A DNA stretch of 62,059 nucleotides, filler included. It is 4 parts of 4 records of this genome, joined end to end, with 100 filler letters (N's around TTAATTAATTAA, not from the genome) between each part and the next. Parts side by side here need not be neighbours in the genome. Positions count along the whole stretch, not along the records: positions 1 to 28,265 come from SRR20825019_1355; 3 more parts are not named here. One strand, given 5' to 3'. Position 1 is the first letter of the stretch. Each line of letters opens with the position of its first letter. Below are positions 1 to 9,313 of this stretch, piece by piece. The notes beneath the pieces are model-generated. The model searched no databases. It saw nothing but the letters and a program-made list of their open reading frames with translations, and was not told where the DNA came from. The position numbers and the translations under genes are program-made.

Positions 1-387
1 ATGCCGGAATGGGGCATGCTGCCGATCCCGAAGAAGCTGTTACAGGAAGGGGTGCGCGACATGGTGCGGATCTCGGACGCACGCATGAGCGGCACCAGCT
101 ACGGCACCTGTGTTCTGCATGTGGCTCCTGAGAGCTTCGTCGGCGGGCCGCTGGCCCTGGTTCGGGACGGGGATATGATTGCTCTCGATATTCCGGGGCG
201 CACGCTGGAATTGCAGGTTGACGAGGCTGAGCTCGAAAGCCGGAAAGCCGCATGGACGCCGCCCGCGGCGAAGTTCCAGCGTGGTTTCGGTGCCATCTAC
301 GCGGCGCATATCACCCAGGCGGACAAGGGGTGTGATTTTGATGTTCTGGAAGGAACGGCACCGACTCCGGAGCCGGAAATTCACTAG
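1..387 (+). CDS. IlvD/Edd-family dihydroxy-acid/sugar-acid dehydratase, C-terminal part (begins before the window)
   Basis: MPEWG..LPIP, 'ISDARMSGTSYG', 'HVAPES..GGPLALVRDGDMI' and terminal 'QADKGCDFD' are typical of IlvD/Edd (AraD-like) C-termini. Confidence 0.9.
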   Translation: MPEWGMLPIPKKLLQEGVRDMVRISDARMSGTSYGTCVLHVAPESFVGGPLALVRDGDMIALDIPGRTLELQVDEAELESRKAAWTPPAAKFQRGFGAIYAAHITQADKGCDFDVLEGTAPTPEPEIH

Positions 388-462
388 GGAATTTCTGCTT
401 CGATTGCGGCATTTATTCGTAAATCACGCACGGTTCTTTCCAACAGAGAGATAATCCCATGG

Positions 463-490
463 CCCGGCGGCCTTGCGCCGGGTTCAATTG
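463..490 (+). terminator. Possible intrinsic terminator after the dehydratase
   Basis: CCCGGCG-gccttg-CGCCGGG hairpin followed by a weak T tract. Confidence 0.4.
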
Positions 491-592
491 TTCGGAAGTA
501 TGTGCGCCGAGATTGTGCTGCATTCAAAAGGCACCGTCGTTTCACAATCGTTCAACAAAAGAACGAATTAATCATCATTAGGAGGAAACACA

Positions 593-1537
593 ATGTCATC
601 ACCCGTAATCCGTTCTCTTGCCGTCGGCGTCCTCGCCATCGGCTTCGCCGCCTCGGCGCAGGCCGAGAACATCAAGCTGATGACCGGTCCGCAGGGCGGT
701 TCCTGGTATCCGCTTGGCGGCGCCATCAAGAACATTGTCGAGAACAATGTTTCCGGCACCAGCGTGCAGGTTCTCCCGGGCGCCGGTATCGCCAACGTGA
801 AGGCCGTTGAATCCGGCAAGGCCGACATCGGTTTCGCCAACTCGGTATCCACCGTGGACGCGATCAACGGCAAGCCGCCGTTCGACAGCAAGGCCACCAA
901 TGTCTGCAATGTTGCGACCCTGTATCCGCAGTATTTCCAGATCATCGCGCTGCAGAGCACCAGCATCAAGACGCCGGCGGATCTGAAGGGCACCGCCCTG
1001 ACCACCCAGAAAAAGGGCAACACGGGCGAGGCCATCACCCGGCATCTGCTGCAGGCCTATGGCATGAGCTATGACGATCTGAAGCAGGTCAGCTACGGCT
1101 CCTACACCGATTCCGTGAACCAGCTCAAAGACGGCAATTCCGATTGGTTCACCCTTGGCTCGACCGTGCCTGCCGGCTCCGTCATGGATCTCTCTTCCGC
1201 CCGCGATATCACCGTTGTTCCGGTTCCGGACGATGGTCTGGCGAAGATGAAAGAGATCAACCCGGGCTATCAGCGCATTGTTGTTCCGGCCAACAGCTAT
1301 CCGGGTCAGACCGAAGCGGTTGGTACGATCGGCTACTCCACGCATGTCATCGCGCGTTGCGATCTGGACGAGCAGCTGGTCTATGACGTGCTGAAGAATC
1401 TGCTGGCCAGCGTGCCGGATCTCGCCAATGTCGCCAAGGCAGTTGGTGCGGCCGATGCCAAGAGCATGGCTGTCGAGACTGGCGTTCCGCTGCACAAGGG
1501 CGCCATGAAGTTCTTCAAGGAACAGGGCGTCCTCTAA
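593..1537 (+). CDS. TAXI-family TRAP transporter solute-binding protein
   Basis: Signal peptide (..ASAQA), 'TGPQGGSWYPLG', 'GAGIANV', C-terminal 'PLHKGAMKFFKE'; AGGAGG RBS; upstream of a fused TRAP permease. Confidence 0.92.
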   Translation: MSSPVIRSLAVGVLAIGFAASAQAENIKLMTGPQGGSWYPLGGAIKNIVENNVSGTSVQVLPGAGIANVKAVESGKADIGFANSVSTVDAINGKPPFDSKATNVCNVATLYPQYFQIIALQSTSIKTPADLKGTALTTQKKGNTGEAITRHLLQAYGMSYDDLKQVSYGSYTDSVNQLKDGNSDWFTLGSTVPAGSVMDLSSARDITVVPVPDDGLAKMKEINPGYQRIVVPANSYPGQTEAVGTIGYSTHVIARCDLDEQLVYDVLKNLLASVPDLANVAKAVGAADAKSMAVETGVPLHKGAMKFFKEQGVL

Positions 1538-1555
1538 CCCGGAAGCTCGTTTCCG

Positions 1556-1589
1556 GAACGAGGGCGGCCATGGCCGCCCTCGTTCTTTT
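1556..1589 (+). terminator. Intercistronic stem-loop/terminator between solute-binding protein and permease
   Basis: Perfect 30-bp palindrome GAACGAGGGCGGCCATGGCCGCCCTCGTTC followed by TTTT. Confidence 0.75.
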
Positions 1590-1624
1590 CCCAACCGGCA
1601 GATTTCCGGCCCCGGAGGCCCACC

Positions 1625-3493
1625 ATGTTGTATTGGTTGCGCGGCGCCAAGTTCGTGATCTCGATCGTTGCCCTGTCAATGGTCTCTTATCACATCTACA
1701 CGGCCCTGTTCGGCGCACCCGACGCACTCACATTTCGTGCAGTGCATGTCGCTTTCGCTCTCGTTCTTGCTTTTCTCATCTTTCCTTCCCGGGGTCTCGA
1801 ACTCGATAAACCGGATGTGTCCGGTGTGTTGCTTGCGGCTCTCAGCGTTGTTGCCTGCGGCTATATCCTCTGGGCCCAGGAATATATCGACAACCGCATG
1901 ATGATGGTCGACGACCTGCGCGGCGAGGATTGGGTGCTCGGCTCCCTGATGGTTCTGCTTCTGCTGGAAGCGACGCGACGTGCCGTCGGTCTGGCTTTGC
2001 CGATCACGGCTGGCGCTTTCCTGCTCTACGCCGTCACCATCGGCAATGCCGATACGGCGCAGCTGATGGAGCAGCTCTATCTCGGCACGGAAGGCATCTT
2101 CGGCATCCCGGTCAGCGTTTCGGCCACCTATGTCATGCTGTTCATTCTGTTCGGCGCGATGGTTGAGCGTACGGGCACCGGCCGTCTGTTCATGGATTTC
2201 GCCATGGCCATCGCCGGTCACACTGCCGGTGGTCCGGCCAAGGTGGCCTGCATCACCAGCGGTATGTTCGGTACCATTTCAGGCAGTGCCGTCGCCAATG
2301 TGATGACCACCGGTACTTTCACCATTCCGCTGATGAAGCGTATCGGGTATCCGCCGGCTTTCGCGGGCGCGGTCGAAGCTGTCGCTTCCACCGGTGGCCA
2401 GATCATGCCGCCGATCATGGGCGCGGTTGCCTTCGTCATGGCCGACTTCCTCGGCATCAGCTACATGACCGTGATCGGTTATGCCCTGATCCCGGCTGTG
2501 CTGTATTTCCTCGCTGTCTTCATGTGCGTGCATTTCGAGGCACGCCGCCTCGGCATGCGCGGTCTGCCGAAGGCGGATCTGCCGCGCCTGCTGGACGTGC
2601 TGAAAGAGCGCGGCCACATGTTCCTGCCGCTGGTGGTGATCTGTGCGTTCCTGTTCATGGGCTACAGCGCGCCTTATTCGGCGTTGGCCGGTATCGCGTC
2701 GGTGCTGATTTCGGCGGCATTGCGCAAGAATACCCGGGTCGAGCTGACACCGAAGAATGTCGTTGAGGGTTTCATCGCTGGTGCCCGTAACACCGTTACG
2801 GTGGCGCTCGCCTGTGGTTGTGCGGGTATTGTCATCGGCGTGATTTCTCTCACGGGGCTTGGCATCGATTTTACCAGCCTGGTGCTGAAGGTCTCGCAGG
2901 ACACCCTGATCATGGCTCTGGTGCTGACCATGTGCGCCGGTATCATTCTCGGCATGGGTCTGCCGACAACACCGGCTTACGTGGTGCAGGTTTCCCTGCT
3001 GGTGCCTGCGCTGGCGAAGCTCGGCGTGGCGCTGGAAGCGGCGCATATGTTCGCGCTCTACTTCGCCATCCTGTCGGCCATTACCCCGCCGGTCGCGCTT
3101 GCGGTCTATGCCGCGAACGGGATCTCCGGGGCGAAACTCTGGGAAACCGGTGTGGCCGCGGTGAAACTCGGTGCGACCGGTTATATCGTCCCGTTCATGT
3201 TCGTCTTCGGCCCGTCCCTGTTGCTGATCGGGACACCGATGACAATTGCGACGACGGCTGTAACGGCGATCATCGGGGTGGTTTGCCTCTCCTCGGGGCT
3301 GGCCGGTTTCCTCGTGGCACCATTGCAATGGTGGCAGAGGATCTCGCTGGTTGGGGCCGCACTCGTGCTGATCAAGCCTGGCCTGACCACGGACCTGATC
3401 GGTATCGCGATCGTGGCTTTCGTCTTTGCCACTAATTTCGCGCTGAAGAAGCGGGAGGATGCCGCCGCCAGCGCGGGGCTGAGCAATACCTGA
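1625..3493 (+). CDS. TRAP transporter 4TM/12TM fused permease
   Basis: Highly hydrophobic; 'GGPAKVA', 'GTISGSAVANV', 'ASTGGQIMPPIMG', 'GMGLPTT', 'ITPPVA' motifs. Confidence 0.93.
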   Translation: MLYWLRGAKFVISIVALSMVSYHIYTALFGAPDALTFRAVHVAFALVLAFLIFPSRGLELDKPDVSGVLLAALSVVACGYILWAQEYIDNRMMMVDDLRGEDWVLGSLMVLLLLEATRRAVGLALPITAGAFLLYAVTIGNADTAQLMEQLYLGTEGIFGIPVSVSATYVMLFILFGAMVERTGTGRLFMDFAMAIAGHTAGGPAKVACITSGMFGTISGSAVANVMTTGTFTIPLMKRIGYPPAFAGAVEAVASTGGQIMPPIMGAVAFVMADFLGISYMTVIGYALIPAVLYFLAVFMCVHFEARRLGMRGLPKADLPRLLDVLKERGHMFLPLVVICAFLFMGYSAPYSALAGIASVLISAALRKNTRVELTPKNVVEGFIAGARNTVTVALACGCAGIVIGVISLTGLGIDFTSLVLKVSQDTLIMALVLTMCAGIILGMGLPTTPAYVVQVSLLVPALAKLGVALEAAHMFALYFAILSAITPPVALAVYAANGISGAKLWETGVAAVKLGATGYIVPFMFVFGPSLLLIGTPMTIATTAVTAIIGVVCLSSGLAGFLVAPLQWWQRISLVGAALVLIKPGLTTDLIGIAIVAFVFATNFALKKREDAAASAGLSNT

Positions 3494-3522
3494 CAATCCC
3501 GGTAACCGGGTTTTACGATACG

Positions 3523-3560
3523 CGAGCCGATCAGACTTCAATCTGGTCGGCTCGTTCTTT
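3523..3560 (+). terminator. Rho-independent terminator of the TRAP operon
   Basis: CGAGCCGATCAGA-cttcaa-TCTGGTCGGCTCG followed by TTCTTT. Confidence 0.75.
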
Positions 3561-3621
3561 ATGTAGACTTCGCAGCGTTGGAGCGCGTTGCGATACGCTG
3601 TTTTTGTTTCAGGGATGAGAA

Positions 3622-4080
3622 ATGACCGAGAGTGCCGCATTCGACGAACGTGACGCCGCAAGCTATGGCTACTGGATCGAGGAGAAGATTCGTTTCGCGG
3701 ATCTCGACCCGGTTGGCCATGTGAACAACAACGCGATCGGCGTTTATCTCGAATCCGCCCGCGTCTCGCTTTTTGCCGATGCCGCCGGCGAGATGTATGG
3801 CGGGAATCGGGGTGGGTTTTCCTGGGTGGTGGCCCGGATCGAGGTCGATTACCTGAAGGAAATGCATTATCCGGGGGAGGTCCGTGTCGGCACCCGGATC
3901 GAAAAGCTGGGCAACAGCTCCCTCACCATGCGGCAGGTTATTCTGTTCAACGGTGAAGTCACCGGGCTGGCCCGCGTGGTCGGTGTCTGTTTCGATATGC
4001 AGGCCCGGAAATCAATGCCGATCCCTGACGATGTCAGAGCCGGCTTGATGAAGCTCGCCGGGCCGACCGTCGCGGGCTGA
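3622..4080 (+). CDS. Acyl-CoA thioesterase (hot-dog fold, YbgC/4HBT family)
   Basis: 'IRFADLDPVGHVNN', 'YLESAR', 'VDYLKEMHYP', 'LGNSS'. Confidence 0.88.
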   Translation: MTESAAFDERDAASYGYWIEEKIRFADLDPVGHVNNNAIGVYLESARVSLFADAAGEMYGGNRGGFSWVVARIEVDYLKEMHYPGEVRVGTRIEKLGNSSLTMRQVILFNGEVTGLARVVGVCFDMQARKSMPIPDDVRAGLMKLAGPTVAG

Positions 4081-4084
4081 AGCC

Positions 4085-5104
4085 TTACATGACCATGTCG
4101 AAGGCCCATCCCGCGGCGAGTGAGCCGGTGAGGGCGGTGAACAGATAGAGCAGGAACGGCTTCAGCTTCAGCACGGGCAGGATCGCCATCGCCCCGTAGA
4201 TGCTGACGACACCGCCCGAGACCAGAAACCCCATGGCAGCGCCGGGCGACATGCCGTGGTCCAAAAGAGAGCGCGTCAACGGCAGGGCGGCGAAGCCATC
4301 GAGATAGAGCGGCCCGCCGATCAGCACGGCCAGCGGTATCGACCACCAGTTTTCCGAGCCGACATAGGCGGACAAGGCTTCCGGCGTCAGCATGTAGCTG
4401 AGCAGATGCTCCATGGCAAAAGCCGGGATCAGGCAGATCAGAATGAGGCGTGTCGTCGCCTTGATCTCACGGTAGAATCCCGCTCTTTTGTCCGCATCCT
4501 TCCAGATCGCGGGTGTGAAGCCGTCCGGCTGGCAAACCTGACCGAGACTGCCGACGATTGAATTTTCCCGTAATGCCGCAACAGCCCAGGGCTTGTGCGC
4601 CATCATCGCCGTCAGACTTCCCCCGGCCAGCCCGATGCAGAAAGCAGCAAGCGTTTTACCGACGGCGAACTCCATGCCGAGTGTGGCGGCGGTCGTGGCC
4701 AGCATGGCCGGGTCGGTGACCGGCGAGGAAAGCCAGAATGCCATGACGGGAGCGAGCGGGACACCTCCGGCAAGGAGCCCGACCATCAAGGGCAGGACGG
4801 AGACACCGCAAACCGGTGTGACCGCGCCAATCGCCGATGCGGCCAGGATAGTGCGGTGCATGTTGCCCCTGAATATCTCGGATATCCGCCCGCTGGCGCC
4901 ACTGGCCCGGACCCAAGCCGAAAGCAGCACGCCGGGAATGACGAGGGGAGAAACTTCCAGAAGGCTCCAGCCAACGAAATGGAGCGTGGCGACGCTGCGG
5001 GCCGGAAAGATCAGCGCGAGAGCCAGAAATATGGCCAGCACGGCAGCAAACATCCAAATGGTTCGGCGCCTCATAACCGGCGCGGCGGATGCGCAATCGC
5101 TCAT
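4085..5104 (-). CDS. Predicted permease (DUF318/ArsP-like)
   Basis: Two hydrophobic halves, 'GAVTPVCG', 'MAFWLSSP', 'GGPLYL', 'GAAMGFLVSG'; divergent from a LysR gene. Confidence 0.75.
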   Translation of the reverse strand: MSDCASAAPVMRRRTIWMFAAVLAIFLALALIFPARSVATLHFVGWSLLEVSPLVIPGVLLSAWVRASGASGRISEIFRGNMHRTILAASAIGAVTPVCGVSVLPLMVGLLAGGVPLAPVMAFWLSSPVTDPAMLATTAATLGMEFAVGKTLAAFCIGLAGGSLTAMMAHKPWAVAALRENSIVGSLGQVCQPDGFTPAIWKDADKRAGFYREIKATTRLILICLIPAFAMEHLLSYMLTPEALSAYVGSENWWSIPLAVLIGGPLYLDGFAALPLTRSLLDHGMSPGAAMGFLVSGGVVSIYGAMAILPVLKLKPFLLYLFTALTGSLAAGWAFDMVM

Positions 5105-5205
5105 CTTCTCGGCTCCTGTCTATTGGGTAGACAGATTGCTGCTTGAAGAGGGTTTTGAAAAACGAATAATATAGAAGGTAGGTATTCAATTTATCGATGG
5201 TTTGA

Positions 5206-6060
5206 ATGTCCCATCTTGAGAGCGATCTGCTGCGTACGTTCCTTGCGATCAGTGACGCGGGAAGTTTTGTCGGCGGGGCAGAGCGGATCTACCGCTCCCA
5301 GTCTGCCGCCAGCACGCAAATTGCCAAACTTGAAGCTCTGCTCGGGGCATCTGTATTTGATCGCCATGGCCGTGGCGTTCGCCTGACGGCTGTGGGGGAG
5401 AAGCTGGAGCCAGTGGCGCGCGGCGTGGTGCGGCAGCTTGATGAAACCCTGGCCGAGCTGACGGGGAATGCACTTTCCGGGAAGCTGAGAGTCGGTATTC
5501 CCGATGATGATCGCGAAGGCAGACTGTCCCGCGTGGTGGCTGATTTTGCCCGGACCTATCCCGGGGTTGAACTTAGTGTGCATTGCACCTTCAGCGCGGG
5601 CTTTCCAAAGGCTCTGGCCGAGGGGCGTCTGGATCTTGCGGTGCATGAGGTCGGTAGCGTCGGCCCCGGGATGGAGCTGCTCTGGGCCGAGCCAATCGCC
5701 TGGGCGGGGTCACGGGCGCATTCGGTGCAACGGGACGACCCGATGCCGGTCGCGCTGTTCGACAGGGCCTGCTGGTGGCGGGATGTCGCGATCTCGTCAT
5801 TGCGGGACAGCGGACGCCGTTATCGCATCGCCTATTCCAGTGAAACGTCTACCGGTGTGGCGGCGGCCATCCGTGCCGGGATTGCAGTAGGCGTCCTGAA
5901 TAGCTCTGCAATCCAGGACGATCTGGTCACGCTTTCGCCCGCGGAGGGATTTCCGGATCTGCCGCCGTCTTTTCTTGTTATCGAGCGAAGAGAAGGCGCT
6001 GATCCGGTGCTCTGTACCGCCATGAGCCACAGTTTGCGCCGCGCCTTCTCCCGCGCTTGA
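5206..6060 (+). CDS. LysR-family transcriptional regulator
   Basis: N-terminal HTH 'LLRTFLAI..GSF..AERIYRSQSAASTQIAKLE..LG..VFDR', 'LRVGIPDD'. Confidence 0.92.
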   Translation: MSHLESDLLRTFLAISDAGSFVGGAERIYRSQSAASTQIAKLEALLGASVFDRHGRGVRLTAVGEKLEPVARGVVRQLDETLAELTGNALSGKLRVGIPDDDREGRLSRVVADFARTYPGVELSVHCTFSAGFPKALAEGRLDLAVHEVGSVGPGMELLWAEPIAWAGSRAHSVQRDDPMPVALFDRACWWRDVAISSLRDSGRRYRIAYSSETSTGVAAAIRAGIAVGVLNSSAIQDDLVTLSPAEGFPDLPPSFLVIERREGADPVLCTAMSHSLRRAFSRA

Positions 6061-6068
6061 GGGGGCGG

Positions 6069-7010
6069 TCAGTTGACCGGCGTAATCAGGTCTTCGCCCG
6101 CGAAGAAGGCCTTGATGTTGTCATAGACCAGCATGCCCATGGCCATGCGCGTGTCGTGCGTGGCGCTGGCGATGTGCGGTGTCAGGACCACGTTCGTCAT
6201 ATCGAACAACTCTTCCGGGGCGTTCGGCTCGTCCGGATAGACGTCGAGACCGGCGGCGCCGAGGCGGCCATCCTTCAGGCAGGCGATCAGGGCATCCATG
6301 TCCACTACGGAGCCTCGAGCGACGTTCACCAGCAGGCCCTGCGGGCCGAGGGCTTCCAGTACGGCTTTATCCACCAGATTGTTGGTGGCGGCACCGCCCG
6401 GCGTGATCACCACCATGATTTCCACATCCCGGGCCATCTCCACCAGATCGGGGTAATAGCGATAGGGCACGTCCGGCTTCATGGAGCGGTTGTGATAGGA
6501 GATGTCCATCTTGAAGGCGGCGCAGCGATCGGCGATCTCAATGCCGATACGGCCGAGGCCAACGATACCGACCTTGGAATGATGCACCTTGTTGACGAAG
6601 GGGTAGAGCTTCTTCACCGGCCACTGACCGGCGCGCACGAAGCGATCCGCATCGACGATATGGCGGCGGGTGGAGATCAGCAGGCCAAGGGCAAGATCGG
6701 CGACGCAATCATTCAGCACGTCGGGTGTGTTGGTCACCTTGACGCCCCGGCGGTTAGCATCCTCTATATCAATGGCATCGTAGCCGACACCGAAATTGGC
6801 GATCAGCTTGGCATTAGGTACCAGGTCCAGTAGCGGCGGATCGCATTTCATGAAAGTGGCGAAAGCGACGCATTTCTCCCCCACCTCGGCTAGCATCTTC
6901 TGCGGGTCCGGCGCGCTGTAGAGATGATGCGTGGTGGCTATCTCGTCCAGCCGATCCATTGCGGGTTTGTAATAGGGGGCGGGGATCAGGACGTGAGGTT
7001 TGTCTGCCAC
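6069..7010 (-). CDS. D-isomer-specific 2-hydroxyacid dehydrogenase (glyoxylate/hydroxypyruvate reductase-like)
   Basis: 'GVGYDAID', 'GIVGLGRIG', 'NVARGSVVD', 'GLDVYPDEP', 'LTPHIASAT'. Confidence 0.92.
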   Translation of the reverse strand: MADKPHVLIPAPYYKPAMDRLDEIATTHHLYSAPDPQKMLAEVGEKCVAFATFMKCDPPLLDLVPNAKLIANFGVGYDAIDIEDANRRGVKVTNTPDVLNDCVADLALGLLISTRRHIVDADRFVRAGQWPVKKLYPFVNKVHHSKVGIVGLGRIGIEIADRCAAFKMDISYHNRSMKPDVPYRYYPDLVEMARDVEIMVVITPGGAATNNLVDKAVLEALGPQGLLVNVARGSVVDMDALIACLKDGRLGAAGLDVYPDEPNAPEELFDMTNVVLTPHIASATHDTRMAMGMLVYDNIKAFFAGEDLITPVN

Positions 7011-7063
7011 GATATGTTTCCTTTGTTTGCGGCCTTATCCCGGCCTGTCAGTACCGATTGGAA

Positions 7064-7606
7064 TCAGAAAGAAGAACCCGGTTGCTTGAGGAATTCCTGC
7101 TCAGCGTCGGTGCTTTCGCGTCCGAGAACGTCATTACGATGGGGAAAGCGTCCGAACCGGGCGATGATGTCCCGGTGGCGCACGGCGTAATCAGTCAATT
7201 GATCGTTACCGATCGCTTCGAACAGGGCAACACAGCGCTCCTGGTCTTCAAGTTCTTCGCTATGCTCGAACGGCAGATAGAGGAAGGTTTTCTCCCTGTC
7301 GGGGATCTTCTGGTCATAACCATCCACGAGAGCCTTGATTGCTGCGGCACGGGCCTTCGCGTCGGCGGCAAAGGCCTTGCCCGATCCGCGGTGAATGTTC
7401 CGGGTGAACTGATCGAGCAGCAGGATATAGGCAAGGGCGCCACGCGGCGTGTCCAGCCAGTCTTCCAGCTTGCCTTGCGATGCAGCTTCGACGAGCGCTC
7501 CGAAGCGCTCCCGGATCTGCCGGTCGAATTCCGGATCCTTGCCAAACCACTGCTTTTCCGAGGATTCCTCGAACCAGAAGCTGTGTACCTGATCGATGTC
7601 ATGCAT
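7064..7606 (-). CDS. DUF924 family protein
   Basis: 'FWFEE', 'ILLLDQFTRNIHRG', 'FLYLPFEHSE', 'FGRFPHRN..LGREST'; start reset to MHDIDQ. Confidence 0.88.
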   Translation of the reverse strand: MHDIDQVHSFWFEESSEKQWFGKDPEFDRQIRERFGALVEAASQGKLEDWLDTPRGALAYILLLDQFTRNIHRGSGKAFAADAKARAAAIKALVDGYDQKIPDREKTFLYLPFEHSEELEDQERCVALFEAIGNDQLTDYAVRHRDIIARFGRFPHRNDVLGRESTDAEQEFLKQPGSSF

Positions 7607-7763
7607 ATTGAAACCCTGACCACGCTTAGTGCACCGGAACGATAAACCGGCCTTGCTCGTTTGGTAAATGCGCTGGACTTCCGCCTTGCGGATATCCAAG
7701 TGGTGATAATGTAAAACCTGCCGTGGGTCGATCGTGCACCACCGGCCCAATCCTGGAGTGGAC

Positions 7764-8381
7764 ATGATTGGTCCCTTGAGAAAGTGTTTCGCCTCAATGG
7801 CCGTGCTGTTGCTCGTTGCCGGATGCGGTACGTCCGTTGTGCAGTCTCCGACAGGGGTTAGCGGAGGAGCCAAGAAGCGCGTGCTGGCCTTTGCCGGGAA
7901 GGAGGGGCCGATGCTGCTTCAGGTCTCGGGTGAGCCGTTCCGTGAAGGCAAGGGCGAAACGGCGGCGGCGTCCGCGAAAATTCTTTCCGGTGTTTACCCC
8001 GAGGTTCCTGACGGTTTCACGCTAAACCCGGCCGTGGCCGGAGCGCCCCAGTACCGTTTCCGGATCGCCTTCGATCCGCCCGTCTCGACCAGTGCTGAAG
8101 GAGTTTGCTCCGCGAATGCACAGAAACCGCTGGGCTATGACCGGCGCGGAGACCGGCAGAGCCTTTACGTGGTGTTTTGCCGGCAGGATGTTGCCATTGC
8201 GGGTGTGGTTGCCCGTTCCGACCGGATGACCACGCTGGCGGACCCGAACTATCGCAACTTGTTGCTTCAAGCGGCACATGAAATGTTCCAGGCCGATTCA
8301 AACGACAATGGCAGCCTTGGCATTCTCGAGTTCGATCCGGCCCCCCGGATAAAGCTGAATCCGCTTGAAGGAATTTTCTGA
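7764..8381 (+). CDS. Hypothetical lipoprotein (paralog 1)
   Basis: GGAG RBS before ATG 7764, lipobox LVAG-C; similar to the downstream ORF. Confidence 0.7.
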   Translation: MIGPLRKCFASMAVLLLVAGCGTSVVQSPTGVSGGAKKRVLAFAGKEGPMLLQVSGEPFREGKGETAAASAKILSGVYPEVPDGFTLNPAVAGAPQYRFRIAFDPPVSTSAEGVCSANAQKPLGYDRRGDRQSLYVVFCRQDVAIAGVVARSDRMTTLADPNYRNLLLQAAHEMFQADSNDNGSLGILEFDPAPRIKLNPLEGIF

Positions 8382-8461
8382 TTTGTGTGGGCTGTGATGC
8401 GCTTGGCTGATAGCCCATATTCTTGAAAGGCACTTTCGGATGTGCCGCACGGGAGAGTGAC

Positions 8462-9043
8462 GTGGAACATAACCGCAGGACAGGGAAAGCCGTTGCAGCC
8501 GGAGCATTTTTCTCCACCATGCTGCTGACTGGCTGCGTGACCTCGATGCAGGGATATTCCGGGGTCGATAATGAGGGTAAGCGCGAATATCTGACCTATG
8601 CGGCCTCCGAAACGCCGGTCTGCCTGACCCTGTCCGGCGCACCATTCGTGGGTGACGACCAGGCTGCCGCTGTTGTGGCCGGTTATGCCTCCGGTGCGAT
8701 CCTCGGCTCTCCCGCGCGGTTCACCGCCGATTGCGAGAGCACCGCCCATCCGGATTACCGGATCGTCATTTTCGCGAATGCTTCAATCGTGGGTTCTCCC
8801 GATCAGTTATGCGAGGAAGCCCCGATCCCGACGCATCAGGTTGCCGGTAAATTGCGCCTTGATGCGGCCTTTTGCGCAAAGACCGAGCCGCTCAGTACGG
8901 CTTGGTCCGAAGCGCCTGCTCCAGCGGGAGTTGGCGATCCTGTTTTCCGACGCATGATCCGCACCACGATGAACGAGCTGTTCCCGGCCGAGAAAGAGCG
9001 GAAGAATGATCGGGAAGGGTTTCGGATATCGGCGCTTCAGTGA
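8462..9043 (+). CDS. Hypothetical lipoprotein (paralog 2)
   Basis: GGAGAG upstream of GTG 8462 (start uncertain), lipobox LLTG-C; similar to the upstream ORF. Confidence 0.68.
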   Translation: MEHNRRTGKAVAAGAFFSTMLLTGCVTSMQGYSGVDNEGKREYLTYAASETPVCLTLSGAPFVGDDQAAAVVAGYASGAILGSPARFTADCESTAHPDYRIVIFANASIVGSPDQLCEEAPIPTHQVAGKLRLDAAFCAKTEPLSTAWSEAPAPAGVGDPVFRRMIRTTMNELFPAEKERKNDREGFRISALQ

Positions 9044-9077
9044 GCCGATGCCCGGTCCAGCCGGGATGGGTGGCTCC

Positions 9078-9308
9078 TTAGCCGTCTTCGTACCAAGAGA
9101 CGCGGGCGGCCGCGTCCCGGTCTGCATTACGGGCGGAGTTGAAGCGGAGATCGCTGAAACCGCCCACGGCATACCAGCCTGAAGCATCCTCCGGATCGCG
9201 GCGAAATTCCTCAAAGCCGAAGCTGCCATCCGTTCTCTGAAACACATCGACGCACAAAAGCCCGTCGGCGCTGTTTCTGGAGGTGATGACGAGAGGCTTC
9301 GTCACCAC
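9078..9308 (-). CDS. Small hypothetical protein (~76 aa)
   Basis: Fills the gap directly downstream of the acyl-CoA dehydrogenase stop; protein-like sequence 'CVDVFQRTDGSFGFEEFRRDPED..GW'; GTG start inferred. Confidence 0.6.
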   Translation of the reverse strand: MVTKPLVITSRNSADGLLCVDVFQRTDGSFGFEEFRRDPEDASGWYAVGGFSDLRFNSARNADRDAAARVSWYEDG

Positions 9309-9313
9309 GCGGT

